Source of the DNA: Lama glama
Taxonomy: Eukaryota
Direction: 5' to 3'
Assembly (NCBI GenBank): GCA_028534125.1
Contig: CM052818.1
Coordinates: 24,058,001 to 24,122,000 of the forward strand
DNA length: 64,000 nucleotides
The notes below the pieces were generated by a model. The model saw nothing but the letters and a program-made list of their open reading frames with translations, had not been told where the DNA came from and searched no databases. The translations under genes and the position numbers were made by a program. Position 1 is the first letter of the stretch; each line of letters starts with the position of its first letter. Of this stretch, positions 51,163 to 63,250 are shown one piece after another.

Positions 51163-52517
51163 GTAAATCCATCATACTTGTCCAAGCTCCCACTTTGACT
51201 TGCTGCTTGCAAACTTTATAAGGCATCCTCTGGCCAGAGATTCACCCCCAGTGAACAGAGATGTCTATTTCACAGCTACGTTTTGACCACAAAACAGAAG
51301 CCTCTGTAGAAGACAACACTTAAAGGCCACATGGTGGAACTGTGTTCCCCTATATCTCTCAAGGGACAGTGTAACAAAATTTTTAAGTTAACAAAATCTG
51401 ATCTGTCAAATGTCAGCTTGCTAGAATTATCCTAGCTATAATCAATCATCTGTGGAGAATCACCTCCAAATCTCATTAAATCAAATGATAACAAAGTGTC
51501 CTCTGTCTTGGTCCTGGTATGCATCAAAATTCAACTTTATTTTACTAAAATTAAGGAAATAATATATCCGATACATGTGATATATCACTATATATCTATG
51601 TATGTGATATAGCAATCTATCAGAAAATAATATGCCTGCTATCTCCCTTAGAAACGCCAGCATTTGTGATGCACAACACACTCTGCAGGAGAATAAAGGG
51701 GTTTTGTAATTCATCTCCCTAACTCTGGGAGGGCCTGGCTAGCAACAGAATGTGGTATTGTTGCCAAGATGACACCGGTGTCTTCCGAGGGCGAGGCCAC
51801 AATCGAGAAAACATTCAAATGCTCCTTTTAGCCACCAAGGAAGAAGCCAACAGAAAACTTCCTTTGGGGATGTGGTCCAGGAGACGAGCTTCTGACCACC
51901 CAGTCCACTGCAGCCAGTATTGAAAGTGCTCCTGAATAAATTATTTCCATCTCATCCTGAGACTCCTATTTTCACTTCCTTTGTTTGTCCTCTATTCCAC
52001 CTTGACCTACACCTTTAGGCTGCCTCGCTTGCTCTTATGCTGCCTTTAATGGACTATTTGAGTGTTTCATATGAATATTGGGAAAAAAAAAGGCTGAACC
52101 TTACACTCTTCTTCTTCTATCCAGTCGTGTCTTAAAACTCACCTTAAAATGGATAAAACACGACAGATTAAAAATCTCCTTTGGGGAGAACATATAAATA
52201 TGACTATTTAGGGAAGGAATGTCCCTACTCATTCAATCAATGTGGTAAAGAAATATATACATTTTGCTTTCTCATTTTGTTTTAGTGTAATACTAAAAAG
52301 TTTTTATGAATAAATTTGAGTTAACAGTCATTTATGGGATCTCTCTAGTTCTAGCTATGGTCATTATGGAAATACTTTGCAGTAGCGAATTGGGACTGAT
52401 TGAAAGATTTTATGTCAGTATTTTCATGTGGAAGGGGTGTGTGACTTAAAAATATAGAGGCTTAGCAAATTTTTGTTTAACATAGCTTGTCTTCTAAGCA
52501 ATAAAGATTTTGTAGAT

Positions 52518-53580
52518 AGAGAGGTCCAAGTTGTTGTCGTAGAAAGCCCTGAGATCACCCTGTCCCCTGGACGCACTGAATCTACACCTGCATATAGATT
52601 CGTCCTGAAGAAGACCTGAGGGCTTATTGAACAGCTACTGATAGAAGAACCACAGGGAAACAGGTAGGAAAGATGGTAAAACAGTATCCACAGTATCCCT
52701 GATTCAGCAACCCACAGGATGGATGCTGAGAGGTAGAGCACAGACTCACCCACTGTCAGCTGCCGGAGGCTGGAGAGGGATTCAAGGTGAGCCGCCCCAC
52801 CTGGAAGAAGGCGTGAGGAGCTGACATAATGCCCGAAGAGCCGACATGGAGCAAAACAGCACTTTAGCAGTACAAACAGGCTGCGCAGGCGGAGGCGGTG
52901 CAGACGGCGAGCGCACTGGTGTACGCACTTATCCTTTTATGACGCTGTTGGCGCATGCGTGGTGTTCATAATGCTGACTCACGCTGCTAGCGCATGCGTA
53001 CATTTACCTCTTAACAGGTGCAAGCTATTGTAAACTGGCCTGGGCCCCAGTGCCTACTCTCTTAAGGCTGCCGCCCCCCACCCCCAAATACAGCAAACAA
53101 ACGAACAAACAAAAACAGTGATTTAAAGGGCATTTACACTACACTGGGAGGAAATTCATTTACTAACCTTAGAACTTGTGCAAACCACCAGGGAAGTGCT
53201 GGAACCTCTCCGGGTTGAAAGCAAGAGCAAGCGGCATTGCTGGAGTCTCCCGAGGACTCACCATGCTTGGGCCTGCCCCGCCTCCTGCTGCCCCACCAAA
53301 GTGGCTTCAGATGCAGCGCTCCCCAGAGACTGCTCCTGGCTCACACAACCTCCAGCTCCAGCCAGCCCGCCAAAGCCCCCGGGTGCAAGCTATTTTCACA
53401 AGGCCACTCCTTCAAGACCAAGAGAAGTAGCAGTTTTATCTGATTAATAGAAACCAAAACTGAAAGTTAAACAAAATGAGAAGACAGAGAAGTAGGTTCC
53501 AAATGAAAGAACAAAATAAAAGCCAGGGGAAAAAAAACCCTAATGAAACAGAGATAAGTAATTTACTTAATAGAAAGTCT
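52518..53580 (+). mobile_element. L1 (L1M2/L1M3-type) 5' UTR plus first about 35 codons of ORF1; rest of element absent
   Basis: Start gagaggtccaagttgttgtcgtagaaagccctgagatcacc..cctggacgcactgaatctaca matches the L1 5' start seen at 9.96-10.0 kb; from 53476 reads MRRQRSRFQMKEQNKSQGKKNPNETEISNL, an L1 ORF1 N-terminus. Confidence 0.85.
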
Positions 53581-54879
53581 TCCACAATAACTTCACCCTA
53601 TAATCCTACAATTGTTAATACTTAAGATAATATGTAATTATCTGATACAACCATAAATCAACACCTTTTATTTTACTTCTAAATCAGATATATTTTAATT
53701 TTAATCACTTCAATGAATATCTTTTCAGATGACCTTACTTTTTTAAATACCATTTACTTAAAATAAATGGTTATCAGTAAAAATCTCAAAAACATGATTT
53801 TTGACTCACACCTAAAGAAAAGATGAGGTAGCTGACTACAGTATTTTTAAGAGTCAATCTTACAAATTCACAAATTAGCTTTCTTAATTAAGTGTAATTT
53901 TCTTCTCTTTGGATAGTCTTCACTTGTGAAAAAGTTTTCTAAAAGGAAGAATGATAAAGTTTTTATGAAACTTGAATCTAATTTCAAAGAGTCAACAATT
54001 TGAACAGGGCCAGTTACTCAATGGAAAGGAAACAAGGTTGACATCAAGACTTTTTTCTTTTTTTGGTGAGACACTGCTGTACAAACTCTGTACAAACACT
54101 CAAGAAATTCCTGGGCTCAAACAACATACCAAATGGGACCAAAATAAAAGTGTTCTCCTTGGCTCTCCTCAACTTTTAAAATGGATTAAATACCATCTAA
54201 ACGCGGTGATTTCATTGCCACACAGAACAACAAGCAGATGGCATCAGCAAACGCTGAATGGCAAGAAACAGCAAGGCTGAGATTTCCAAGATGTTGATGC
54301 AGGAAGACAAAGTAAAACCAGAAGCTCATAATGGAAACGATGTGGGGGGAGGTCCATCCATCCAAAGGGTTGTGAGATGGGTCTCACATCATGTTTCTTG
54401 GAGGACAGTTGTGGCCATGTTGCAGCAAACCACTTTTTTCTTTATAAAGGCAAGTTCTCTGAGTGACTCCCAACAATGTGATTTTAAAGGTGACAGGAAG
54501 AGACCTCTGTCCTCCAAAATTCCTCAACCTCGTATTTAGATGTGGAATAGGTTTTAGATTTCACCCCGTATTTCATTATCATCTTTAAAAGTATGAAAAA
54601 AAGTACAGCACTTTAAATTTGGCCAAACACCCATTATCTCACTCATTTTTATTTTGTGTATCATTTTACTAGTTATACATATTTACCCCAATATAATGTA
54701 ACTATAACTACATGTATTTATTCACCAATGTTTCTTTTGTGGCTAGATGTCCCATGTAGAAAATTAAAATTGTGAGTAAAGCAGACACAAATCTTGCTCC
54801 CAAAGAGGTTATGATCTAGTGAAGAATATAGATATTAAGGAAATGATAGCACATTTTATTAGTTGCTATTGTTAGTTAA

Positions 54880-55050
54880 TGCATCATTATCTCCACCTGG
54901 ATGACTAATGGGCATCTCAGCTTTTTCATGTCCAAGAGTTTTGTTTCTTCCTAAACCTACCTTCCTCAGACTTTCCTATTTCAGAAAGTAACACCATCAC
55001 CCACACAGTTCCTACAGCCAAAAATATAGTAGTCCACCTTGATCTCTCTC
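54880..55050 (+). mobile_element. LINE-2 fragment (resumes at 56525-56745)
   Basis: tctccacctggatgactaatgggcatctcag...cagccaaaaatatagtagtccaccttga; resumes agcaagtcctgtgaactctacctcaaaa...ccattctccacacagcagtca. Confidence 0.8.
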
Positions 55051-55054
55051 TATT

Positions 55055-55280
55055 TTTATTTTCATTTATATAGTCAGTCACTCATGTATTCAACAAATAT
55101 TTATTATACATCAACTATGCTAAGTATCATTTTAGATTATTAGGCTATATCAGTGAAAAAAATCCTCCTCTCAAGGAGCTTACATACTAGAAGAAGACTG
55201 ACAATAAACAATCTACATAGTATACAATAACTTGGAATTTTTTAAGTGCAATGAAAATTAAAATAAAGAGGTTCAAGTTT
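55055..55280 (-). mobile_element. LINE-2 3' end, antisense
   Basis: tattcaacaaatatttatt..actatgcta...ctctcaaggagcttacatactag..agactgacaataaaca. Confidence 0.8.
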
Positions 55281-55424
55281 GGGGACTAGGTGGGGAAAGA
55301 ATATCTATATATCTTATCAAAATATTTTTCACCAGTAAACAACTATCATTTAAAAAAATCACTAATATAGGTAGCATTTCCTTCTGCTAAATATCTGTGA
55401 GCTTTTACAGTACACAGCTGTCCA

Positions 55425-56522
55425 TTTTTCTCTTTCTATTAAGATATAAATGAATAACGTTTGGTAATTTTAAGAGGTACAGCATATTGAGCTGATACAT
55501 TTATATTGCAGTATGATTGCCGTTGTAGCATTAGCTACCATCGCTGTCACGTCACATGATTATCTTTCCTTGGGAAAAATTAAGATTTATTCTCTTAGCA
55601 AGTTTATTATTTACAGTACAATGTTGTTGTCTATAATCAGCGTACTGTCCTTACATCTACGAGTCACAAGCGCATACCCCTAGACAACATCTCTCCTAAT
55701 CCCGCACTCTGCAGCCCCTGGTAATCAGCATTCCCCTCTCTGGTTTTTGGTTTTTGTTTGTTTGTTTGTTTTCAGTTCTTTTTAGATTCCACATACGAGA
55801 TATCACACAGTATTTGTCTTTCTCTGTCTGACTTCTCTTACTTAGGATAATGTCTTCAGGGTCCATCCACGTTGCTGCAAATGGTAATAACTTCCTTTCC
55901 CCTCATGTCTGAATGGTATTCAATGCCACAGCTTTATCGACTCATTTGTTCACAGACACAGGCTGTTTCTGTATCTTTACTATTGTGAAAAATGGTGCAA
56001 TAAATATGAGAATGCCTGTATCTCTTCAATAACTTGTTTTTGTTTCTTTTGAATATATACCCAGAAGTGGGATTCCTGGACTGTATGGTCCTTCTATTTT
56101 TAATTTTTTGAGGAATCTCTATACTGTCCTTTGTAGTGATTAAACCAACATACAATCCTACAAACAGTGTATGGAGGTTCCCTTTTCTCTACATCCTCGC
56201 CAAGACTTGTTGTCTCTTATCTTCTTGGTAATAACCATTCTTACAGGTGTGAGGTGATATCTCATTATGGTTTTGATTCACATTTCCCTGACAATTAATG
56301 ATGTTGAGAATTTTTCTCATGTAACTACAGGCCACGTGGATTCTTCTCTGAAAATTTTCTATTTAGTTCTTCTCCCTATTTTTTAATCAGATTTTGCGGT
56401 GGTGGCAGTTGTTACTGATTATATGACTCCTTTATAAATTTTGGATCTCAACCCCTTATTTGATATATGGTTTGCAAATATTTTCTCCCATTCCATAGGC
56501 TGCCTTTTTATTTTGTTGATTT
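55425..56522 (-). mobile_element. 5'-truncated LINE-1 (L1MA9-like)
   Basis: Antisense 3' UTR and ORF2 end: ttagattccacat, atatacccagaagtgggatt, ggtgtgaggtgatatctcatt, tttgcaaatattttctcccattc. Confidence 0.93.
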
Positions 56523-56989
56523 GTTAGTCTCTGTTACTCCCTCAAACCTTACACAATTTATTAGCAAGTCCTGTGAACTCTACCTCAAAAATACATTTTA
56601 AGTCAGTTCACGTTTTCTCACTATGCTCCCAAGCCACTGTCGTTTGGGATTGGGCTCCTGTAATTGTTTCTGAACTGATCTGCCTGCTTCACTCTTTTTC
56701 ATATAATCCATTCTCCACACAGCAGTCAAAATGATACATTAAAATTTAGAGTATATTATGATATTAAATAGTTTTTGACAACTTAATATATCAGAATAAT
56801 GTGGCAGGTATTTTACTTGCTCTCTTTTTTTTCCCCTCAAAACAACACTATCATTAGGTCTCATTTTAATGTTATGTATGTGGAAACTGAACTATGTAAA
56901 GGTCAAATAATTCCTAATTGAACTATCAGCGTTTCAAGCCTAGAGCCTAACTCTATGGCTCATACATTTCTTTACCCTTATTTAATTTT

Positions 56990-57542
56990 TAAATTTTTAA
57001 AATTTAAACAGTTTACAATGTGTCAATTTCTGGTGTGCAGTATAATGTTTCTGTCATACATACATATACATATATTCATTTTCATATTCTTTTTCATTAT
57101 AGATTACTGTAAGATATTGAATATATTTCCCTGTGCTATATAGAAGACACTTGTTTATTTATTTTATATATACTAGTTAATAACTGCAAATCTTGAGCTC
57201 CCAATTTATCCCTTTCTATGCCTTTCCCCCATGTAACCATAAGTTTGTTTACTATGTCTGTGAGTCTGTTTCTGTTTTGTAGATAAGTTTATTGGTGTCT
57301 TTTTTCCTTTTTTAGATTCCAGATATGAGAAATATCATATGGTATTTTTCTATCTCTTTCTGGCTTACTTCACTTAGAATAACAATTATCTAGGTCCATC
57401 CATGTTGCTGTAAATGGCATTATTTTATTATATTTTTATGGCTGAGTAGTATTTCATTTATTCCATTGTGTAAATATACCACAGCTTCCTTATCCAATCA
57501 TCTGTTGATGGACATTTAGGTTGTTTCCATGTCTTGGCTATG
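56990..57542 (-). mobile_element. Young LINE-1 3' end, similar to 945-1907
   Basis: cagtttacaatgtgtcaatttctggtgt is the reverse complement of about 1861-1890; also tctttctggcttacttcacttagaat. Confidence 0.93.
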
Positions 57543-58853
57543 AATATTTATTGTTCCACTTGTAAAAACTTTATATACATACACACTTAAGATGTTAAAT
57601 AGGTTTACTTGATTCTGACTACCTCCCTCTACCTCCCTAAACTGATTTTACCGTAAGTTCTCCAAAAATGAGTGATTTCTGGAGAAATCCCACTTTTACT
57701 TTAGGGGTTTCTCCAGAAATAGATCCAGTAATCCCAATAGTTGGTTGGAATACCTTTAAACCTATTGAGTCTAATTCTAGAAGAGTGAAATCAACCCAAT
57801 TGCAGCCTGGAGCAAATGGACTGCAAACCATAGAGCTCTCCATGGTCCTGCCTGTGATGCATATCTCAGGCATCCACTTATCTCAATGAAAATTTACATT
57901 TGTCTGAATGCATGAAGATGTACTGAATCCTACTGCTCTGATTTAACAGTCACAACTACCCCATCCAATGGCTTTGAATTCATTCATCTGGTTCATAAGG
58001 TCTCTTCAGTAATCTCATCAGTTTACTTCTTAATTTTATGTAATCCACTGTATGAATAATTTGTGAAAGATTACTAAAACTGTTGAGAGAACAATTATAA
58101 ATAAGACTAGATATCTATTCTGATTAAGTTTTCACTATAGTATATGTAGTAAGATATCTATTCAGGTAATCGCATTTTATTGAAGATGATACTAAATAAA
58201 AAATGTAATAGAGCAATATGCAAAATATGTAAAGGCACAAACACCTATAAATTCCTGGAAGAATAACATAAGAAGGTGGGAATATGTGTATGAGGTACAG
58301 AGAATTACTATTCAACATTGACAGCTTTGTATGTTTATATTTTTAGTATCTTTAACATTTTCTGATAAAATTTTTAAGAAACAAAAACCATACAAATATG
58401 TGAAATCTGCACTAGATCCCATGTGGAGAAAGGCTAAGAGATATTCTGATAACATATAGAGTAGGCACTTCATTTTTCTATGTGATCAGATCAATATTGT
58501 TTACTAATATTCCAAAAATCTGAATTCCAGATCTTATTCAATCACTTTCTGCCTGCATGCCTCTCTTGATCACAGTTTTCTTATCTTCATATTGAGAACT
58601 AGATGATCTATTAGTTGTATTTTGGTTTAGATGATTTAAAATGTGATCTATAAATACTTATCTTAATATTGCTAATTATACAACCTGATATTTGACAGAT
58701 TATCAAAGACAGATGGAGTTCATAAAGCTCTAAGATATTTCAAAATTTAACTTCTAAAACAGACACCAAAAGAATGTAATAAAATGTTTAAATAGTATAA
58801 TGTAGGAAATTCACAAGAAATTTTACATGCAACACAAAAAAAGTTAGAAAATA

Positions 58854-60450
58854 TGTCTAATGATTAGCGACATTGAGCATATTTTAATGTGCCTGTTGGT
58901 CATCTGTATTTCTTTTTTGGAAAAAATGTCTATTCAGGTTTTCTGATCATTTTTCAATCAAGTTGTTTGCTTTTTTCATATTAAGCTGTTTATATATTTT
59001 GGATATTAACCCTCATGGGTGATGTCATTTGCAAATATTTTCTCCCATTCAGTAGGTTGTCTTTTCATTTTGTGGATGATTTCCTTTGCTGTGCAAAAGC
59101 TTTCAGATTATTTAGGTCCTATTTATTATTATTTTTGTTTCTTTTGCTTTAGGAGACAGATCTAAAAATAAATATATTGCTACAATGTATGTGATTTATG
59201 CCAGAGTGTTCTGCCTATGTTCTCTGCTAGGAGTTTTGTGGTTTCATGTCTTATATTTAGGTCTTTAATCCATTTTGAGTTTATTTTTATACAGTAAGAA
59301 GAAATGTTCTAATTCATTTTTTACATATAACTATCCAGTTTTCCCAGCACTACTTATTGAAGAAACTTTTTTTCATTGTATATTCTTGCATCTTTTGTCT
59401 TAGATTAATTGACCATAAGTGCTTGGGGTTATTTCTAGACTTTCTATTCTGTTCCATTAATCTATCATGTCATTTTGATTACTGTAGCTCTGTAGTATAG
59501 TCTGAAGTTAAGGAACATGATCCTTCTAGCTTTGTTCCTTTTTCTCAAGATTGCTTCAGCAATTCAGGGTCCTTTGTGGTTCCATATAAATTTTAATATT
59601 GTTTAGTTCTGTGAAAAATATCATGAGTATTTTGATAAGAGATTTCATTAAATCTGGAGATTACTTTGGGTAGTATGGGCATTTTAACAATATTAATTCT
59701 TCTAATCAATGAACATAGGATATCTTTCCATTTCTTTGTATCATATTCAGTTTCCTTTATCAATTTTTGACAGTTTTCAAAGTACAGTTATTTCATCTCC
59801 TTGGTTAAGTTTATTCCTAGGCATTTTATTCTTTTTGATATGATTTTAAATAAGATTTTTTTGGCTTTCTCTAAGAATTCACTATTAGTTTATAGAAAAG
59901 CAGCAGATTTTTGAATATTAATCTTCTATCTTGCAATTTTACTGAATTCATTTATTAATTCTAATAGTTTTTGGTAAAGACTTTAGGGTTTTCTATGTAT
60001 AGTATCATGTCATCTGAAAAATAGTGACAGTGCCACAATGACAAAACCACAATGGGATACCACCTCCCACCTGTCAGAATGGCTATCATCAAAAAGACCA
60101 TAAATAACAAATGTTGGAAAGGATATGGAGAAAAGGAACTCCCTGTATACTGGTAGTGGGAATGTAAATTGGTTCAGTCACTATGGAAAACAGTACAAAG
60201 GTTCCTTAAAAAATTAAAAATAGAGCTACCATATGATCCAGCAATACCACTTCTGAGCATACATCCTAAAAAACAAACAAACAAAAAATCCCACTAATCT
60301 GAAAAGATATATGCACCCCAGTGTTCATAGCAGCATTATTTACAATAGCCAAGATGTGGAAATAACTTAAATGTTCATCAACACATGAATGGATAAAGAA
60401 GATGTGAGATAGATATATATACATGTACACACACAGACACACACACACAG

Positions 60451-60481
<31 letters not shown>

Positions 60482-60909
60482 AATATTACTCAGTGATAAA
60501 AAAAGAAAGAAAGTCTACCATTACAACAATGTGACTGGAGCTAGAGGGTATTATGCTTAGTTAAAATGTCAGACAGAGAAAGGCAAATACCCTGTTATCA
60601 CTTATATACGTGGAATCTAAAATATAAAACAAAGAATGTAATAACACAAAAACAGATTCACAGATATAGAGAACAAACTAGTGGTTACCAGTGGAGAGGG
60701 AAGGCGGAGGGCAAGATAGGGATAGGAATTTAAGAAATACAGACTACTATGTATAAAATAAATAATCAACAAGAATATATTGTACAACAGGGAACATGGC
60801 CCTTATTTTCTAATAACTTTAAAAAAGGAGTATAATCTATAAATTATATTGAATCACTATATTGTACACCCAAAACTACTATAATATTGTAAATCAACTA
60901 CACATCAAT
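58854..60909 (+). mobile_element. 5'-inverted (twin-primed) LINE-1 with TSD
   Basis: Antisense ORF2 at 58854-60031 joined to sense 3' end at 60042-60909; TSD aaaaaaagttagaaaata (58836-58853) / aaaaaaagtttagaaaata (60910-60928). Confidence 0.92.
60427..60479. repeat. (CA)n/(CAGA) compound microsatellite inside L1
   Basis: Read directly. Confidence 0.95.
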
Positions 60910-61184
60910 AAAAAAAGTTTAGAAAATAATAAGTAATCGGTGATTTAGTGATCAGAAATTTGATTAAAATTGTAATTTTCTAATTCTATTGAATCTAGTT
61001 TATTTATTATATATTTAATTTTTAAAACATTAAAGCATATCACCCTGGTGATAATAAATATGTCTATCACTCCTCTGATTTTTTTTAAATTGTAATTAAA
61101 AGGGTGCAGCAATCAACATTGTCTCCACAGTGGAGTCTTTCAATGTTTTGCCCAGAATCTGCCAGTCCTCTTGAAGTTAACTAG

Positions 61185-61562
61185 TGTACTAAGTTTGCTT
61201 GGGTTGCCATAACAAAATACCACAGACTGGGTGGCTTTAGCAACAAGAATTCATTTCTCACAGTTCTAGAGGCTAGAAGTCCAAGACCGAGGTGCCAGCA
61301 AATTTGGTCTCCCCTGAGGCCTCTCTCCTCCGCTTGCTCAGGACTGCCTTCCCCTGCGTCTTTGCATGGTCTTCCCCCGTGTGTGCATCTCTGGTCTCTC
61401 TCTGTGTCCAAAGTTCCTCTTATAAGGCCACCAGCCCAAAGGCCTCATTCGGACTTGATTTTAAAGGCCTTATCTCCAAATACTGTCACATTCTGAGGTA
61501 CTGGGGTTTAGACTTTCAATATGTGAATTCGGGGCAGTGGAGACTTGATTCAGCCCTTAATA
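61185..61562 (-). mobile_element. MaLR solo LTR (MLT1A-like)
   Basis: ttgccataacaaaataccacagactgggtggctt..aacaagaattcatttctcacagttctagaggctagaagtccaaga...cacattctgaggtactggggtttagacttt. Confidence 0.92.
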
Positions 61563-63171
61563 AGTGGAGAAGAAAGCAGGGGGTCCCAGCGTTCAGTTGG
61601 TTCCCCAGTTTTCAGAACACGTCTCCACTCTCAGCTCTGTGTGCTGTTCCCAGGAGCAGATGTTCTCTTCACATTTTCCAGAAGCTGAATCTTCAGTTTT
61701 GCGCTGGTGAGGCTTCCCTCCTCAGTATGGAAGAGGATCTGAATATTTCTTCTTAATTCAATCTTTAGCCATTTTTTGATCAATCTTCCTCTTTTTAGTC
61801 CCAGTTTTATTGCCACTTTCAATGTCACAAGTGCTGTCAACTTTCCTGTGATGGGGTTGTTATGTCGTATTTAATTGGTTGCTCCTTGGCTTTTTCCCCT
61901 GCTGGCTTAGAGATCAGATTTCTTAAGCCTGTTGAGTCAAGACTTTTTGGTTACCTATTTTTTTAGCTTCTGAAATTATGTGACTCTTATATCCTCTCTC
62001 ATTCTGTGTTTTGCTCATTTTGCAAAAATCCTTCCCCTGTCTGACATTTGAGTGGGGTTTCTAGAAGGAATAAATGTTTGTGTTCAAACTATCATCTTCA
62101 GTCTGAAGTTGTATTATAAAATGTGTAAGCGAGAATATTCTACTAAAAATAAATATTATCCATAAATTCAGATTTATGATACAATACGTGTTTGCAATAT
62201 TATAGTTGCATTTGCTGTTCAATGTACATTGTAAAGTTTGCCTCATAACTAAGTCCAATTAGCTCTTCTACTCTTCACTGTAGTGCTTGCTTCATTTCTG
62301 CAGTTGTTAAAAGTCAGTCCTAACTGGGGAATTAGAAGGAGGGCATGCACTCAACTGTCAAGGAATTAGTTACTCTCTAATATAACTTCACTTAATTTCA
62401 TTTCATATATTTCCCTTTTAATATTATTAATAAATAAAGGTACTACTAGGGAAAAATGTTTTAAGAAACAAGATTAAATTGAAAAATTTCTATCTCAAAC
62501 AGTATTCAATCAATGTTTATGGAGAGTATTAATGAATGGGATAAAAACCTTTTAGACCTTTTAAGTATGTCTTTGTGATATCAAAATTATTTTCCCGGTT
62601 GGAAGAGTCTAAATTTAAAAAAAGAAATGAGTAGTTATCTGAAGGAGCAGTCGGTATACATTGTTCACAGTTACACTGCGTCATCTACTCGGTCCTATCT
62701 GGACTGCAGAAGTAAGATTTGGTGATCTAATTCTATGCATGCCTTGGATTTCTCCTAAAGTGTTTCCTGTGATTATTTTCATAGATAAAGATTTGAGGTG
62801 ATTGCAGCCCATAAATAACACACATCATAAAGATACATATTTAAGCCCACAAACTGCATGGACTGTGCCACTGATTTTCAGGACATGGCTTAGCTAAAAG
62901 CTGTCCTCTATACAAGATGCATAATTCAACTTTGAAGCTTTGCCTGCTTTACCTGAAAACCACCAACTGCAAAAGCGTAAGAATCATGTGTCCCGACAGA
63001 ATAAATCGAACTCTCTCTCAGCACTGCTATGGCAACTTAATTCTAAAAAGAAGATTCTTGAATAAAAAATTAAGAGTATTTTAATTATTATTAAGTAATT
63101 ATGTAATATAATGTATGGTAATATATAAATTATAATAAAATTAAAATAGATACATTTGGTCCATATATTTT

Positions 63172-63250
63172 GTATATATATATATGTGTATATACAGAGA
63201 GAGAGACAGAGGGACAAAGACAGAGAGACAGAGAGGAAGAGAGAAACAGA
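63172..63250. repeat. (TA)n / (GA,GACA)n low-complexity tract
   Basis: Read directly. Confidence 0.85.

Noticed and set aside
53972..54539. Two adjacent plus-strand ORFs (102 and 93 aa)
   Set aside because: No recognisable motif or splice structure; a conserved non-coding element cannot be excluded without alignment.
57637..57889. Overlapping antisense ORFs as a retrocopy or small protein
   Set aside because: No homologue recognised, no poly(A) tail or TSD.
61181..61756. 154-aa and 76-aa ORFs
   Set aside because: Mostly MLT1A LTR sequence read in chance frames.
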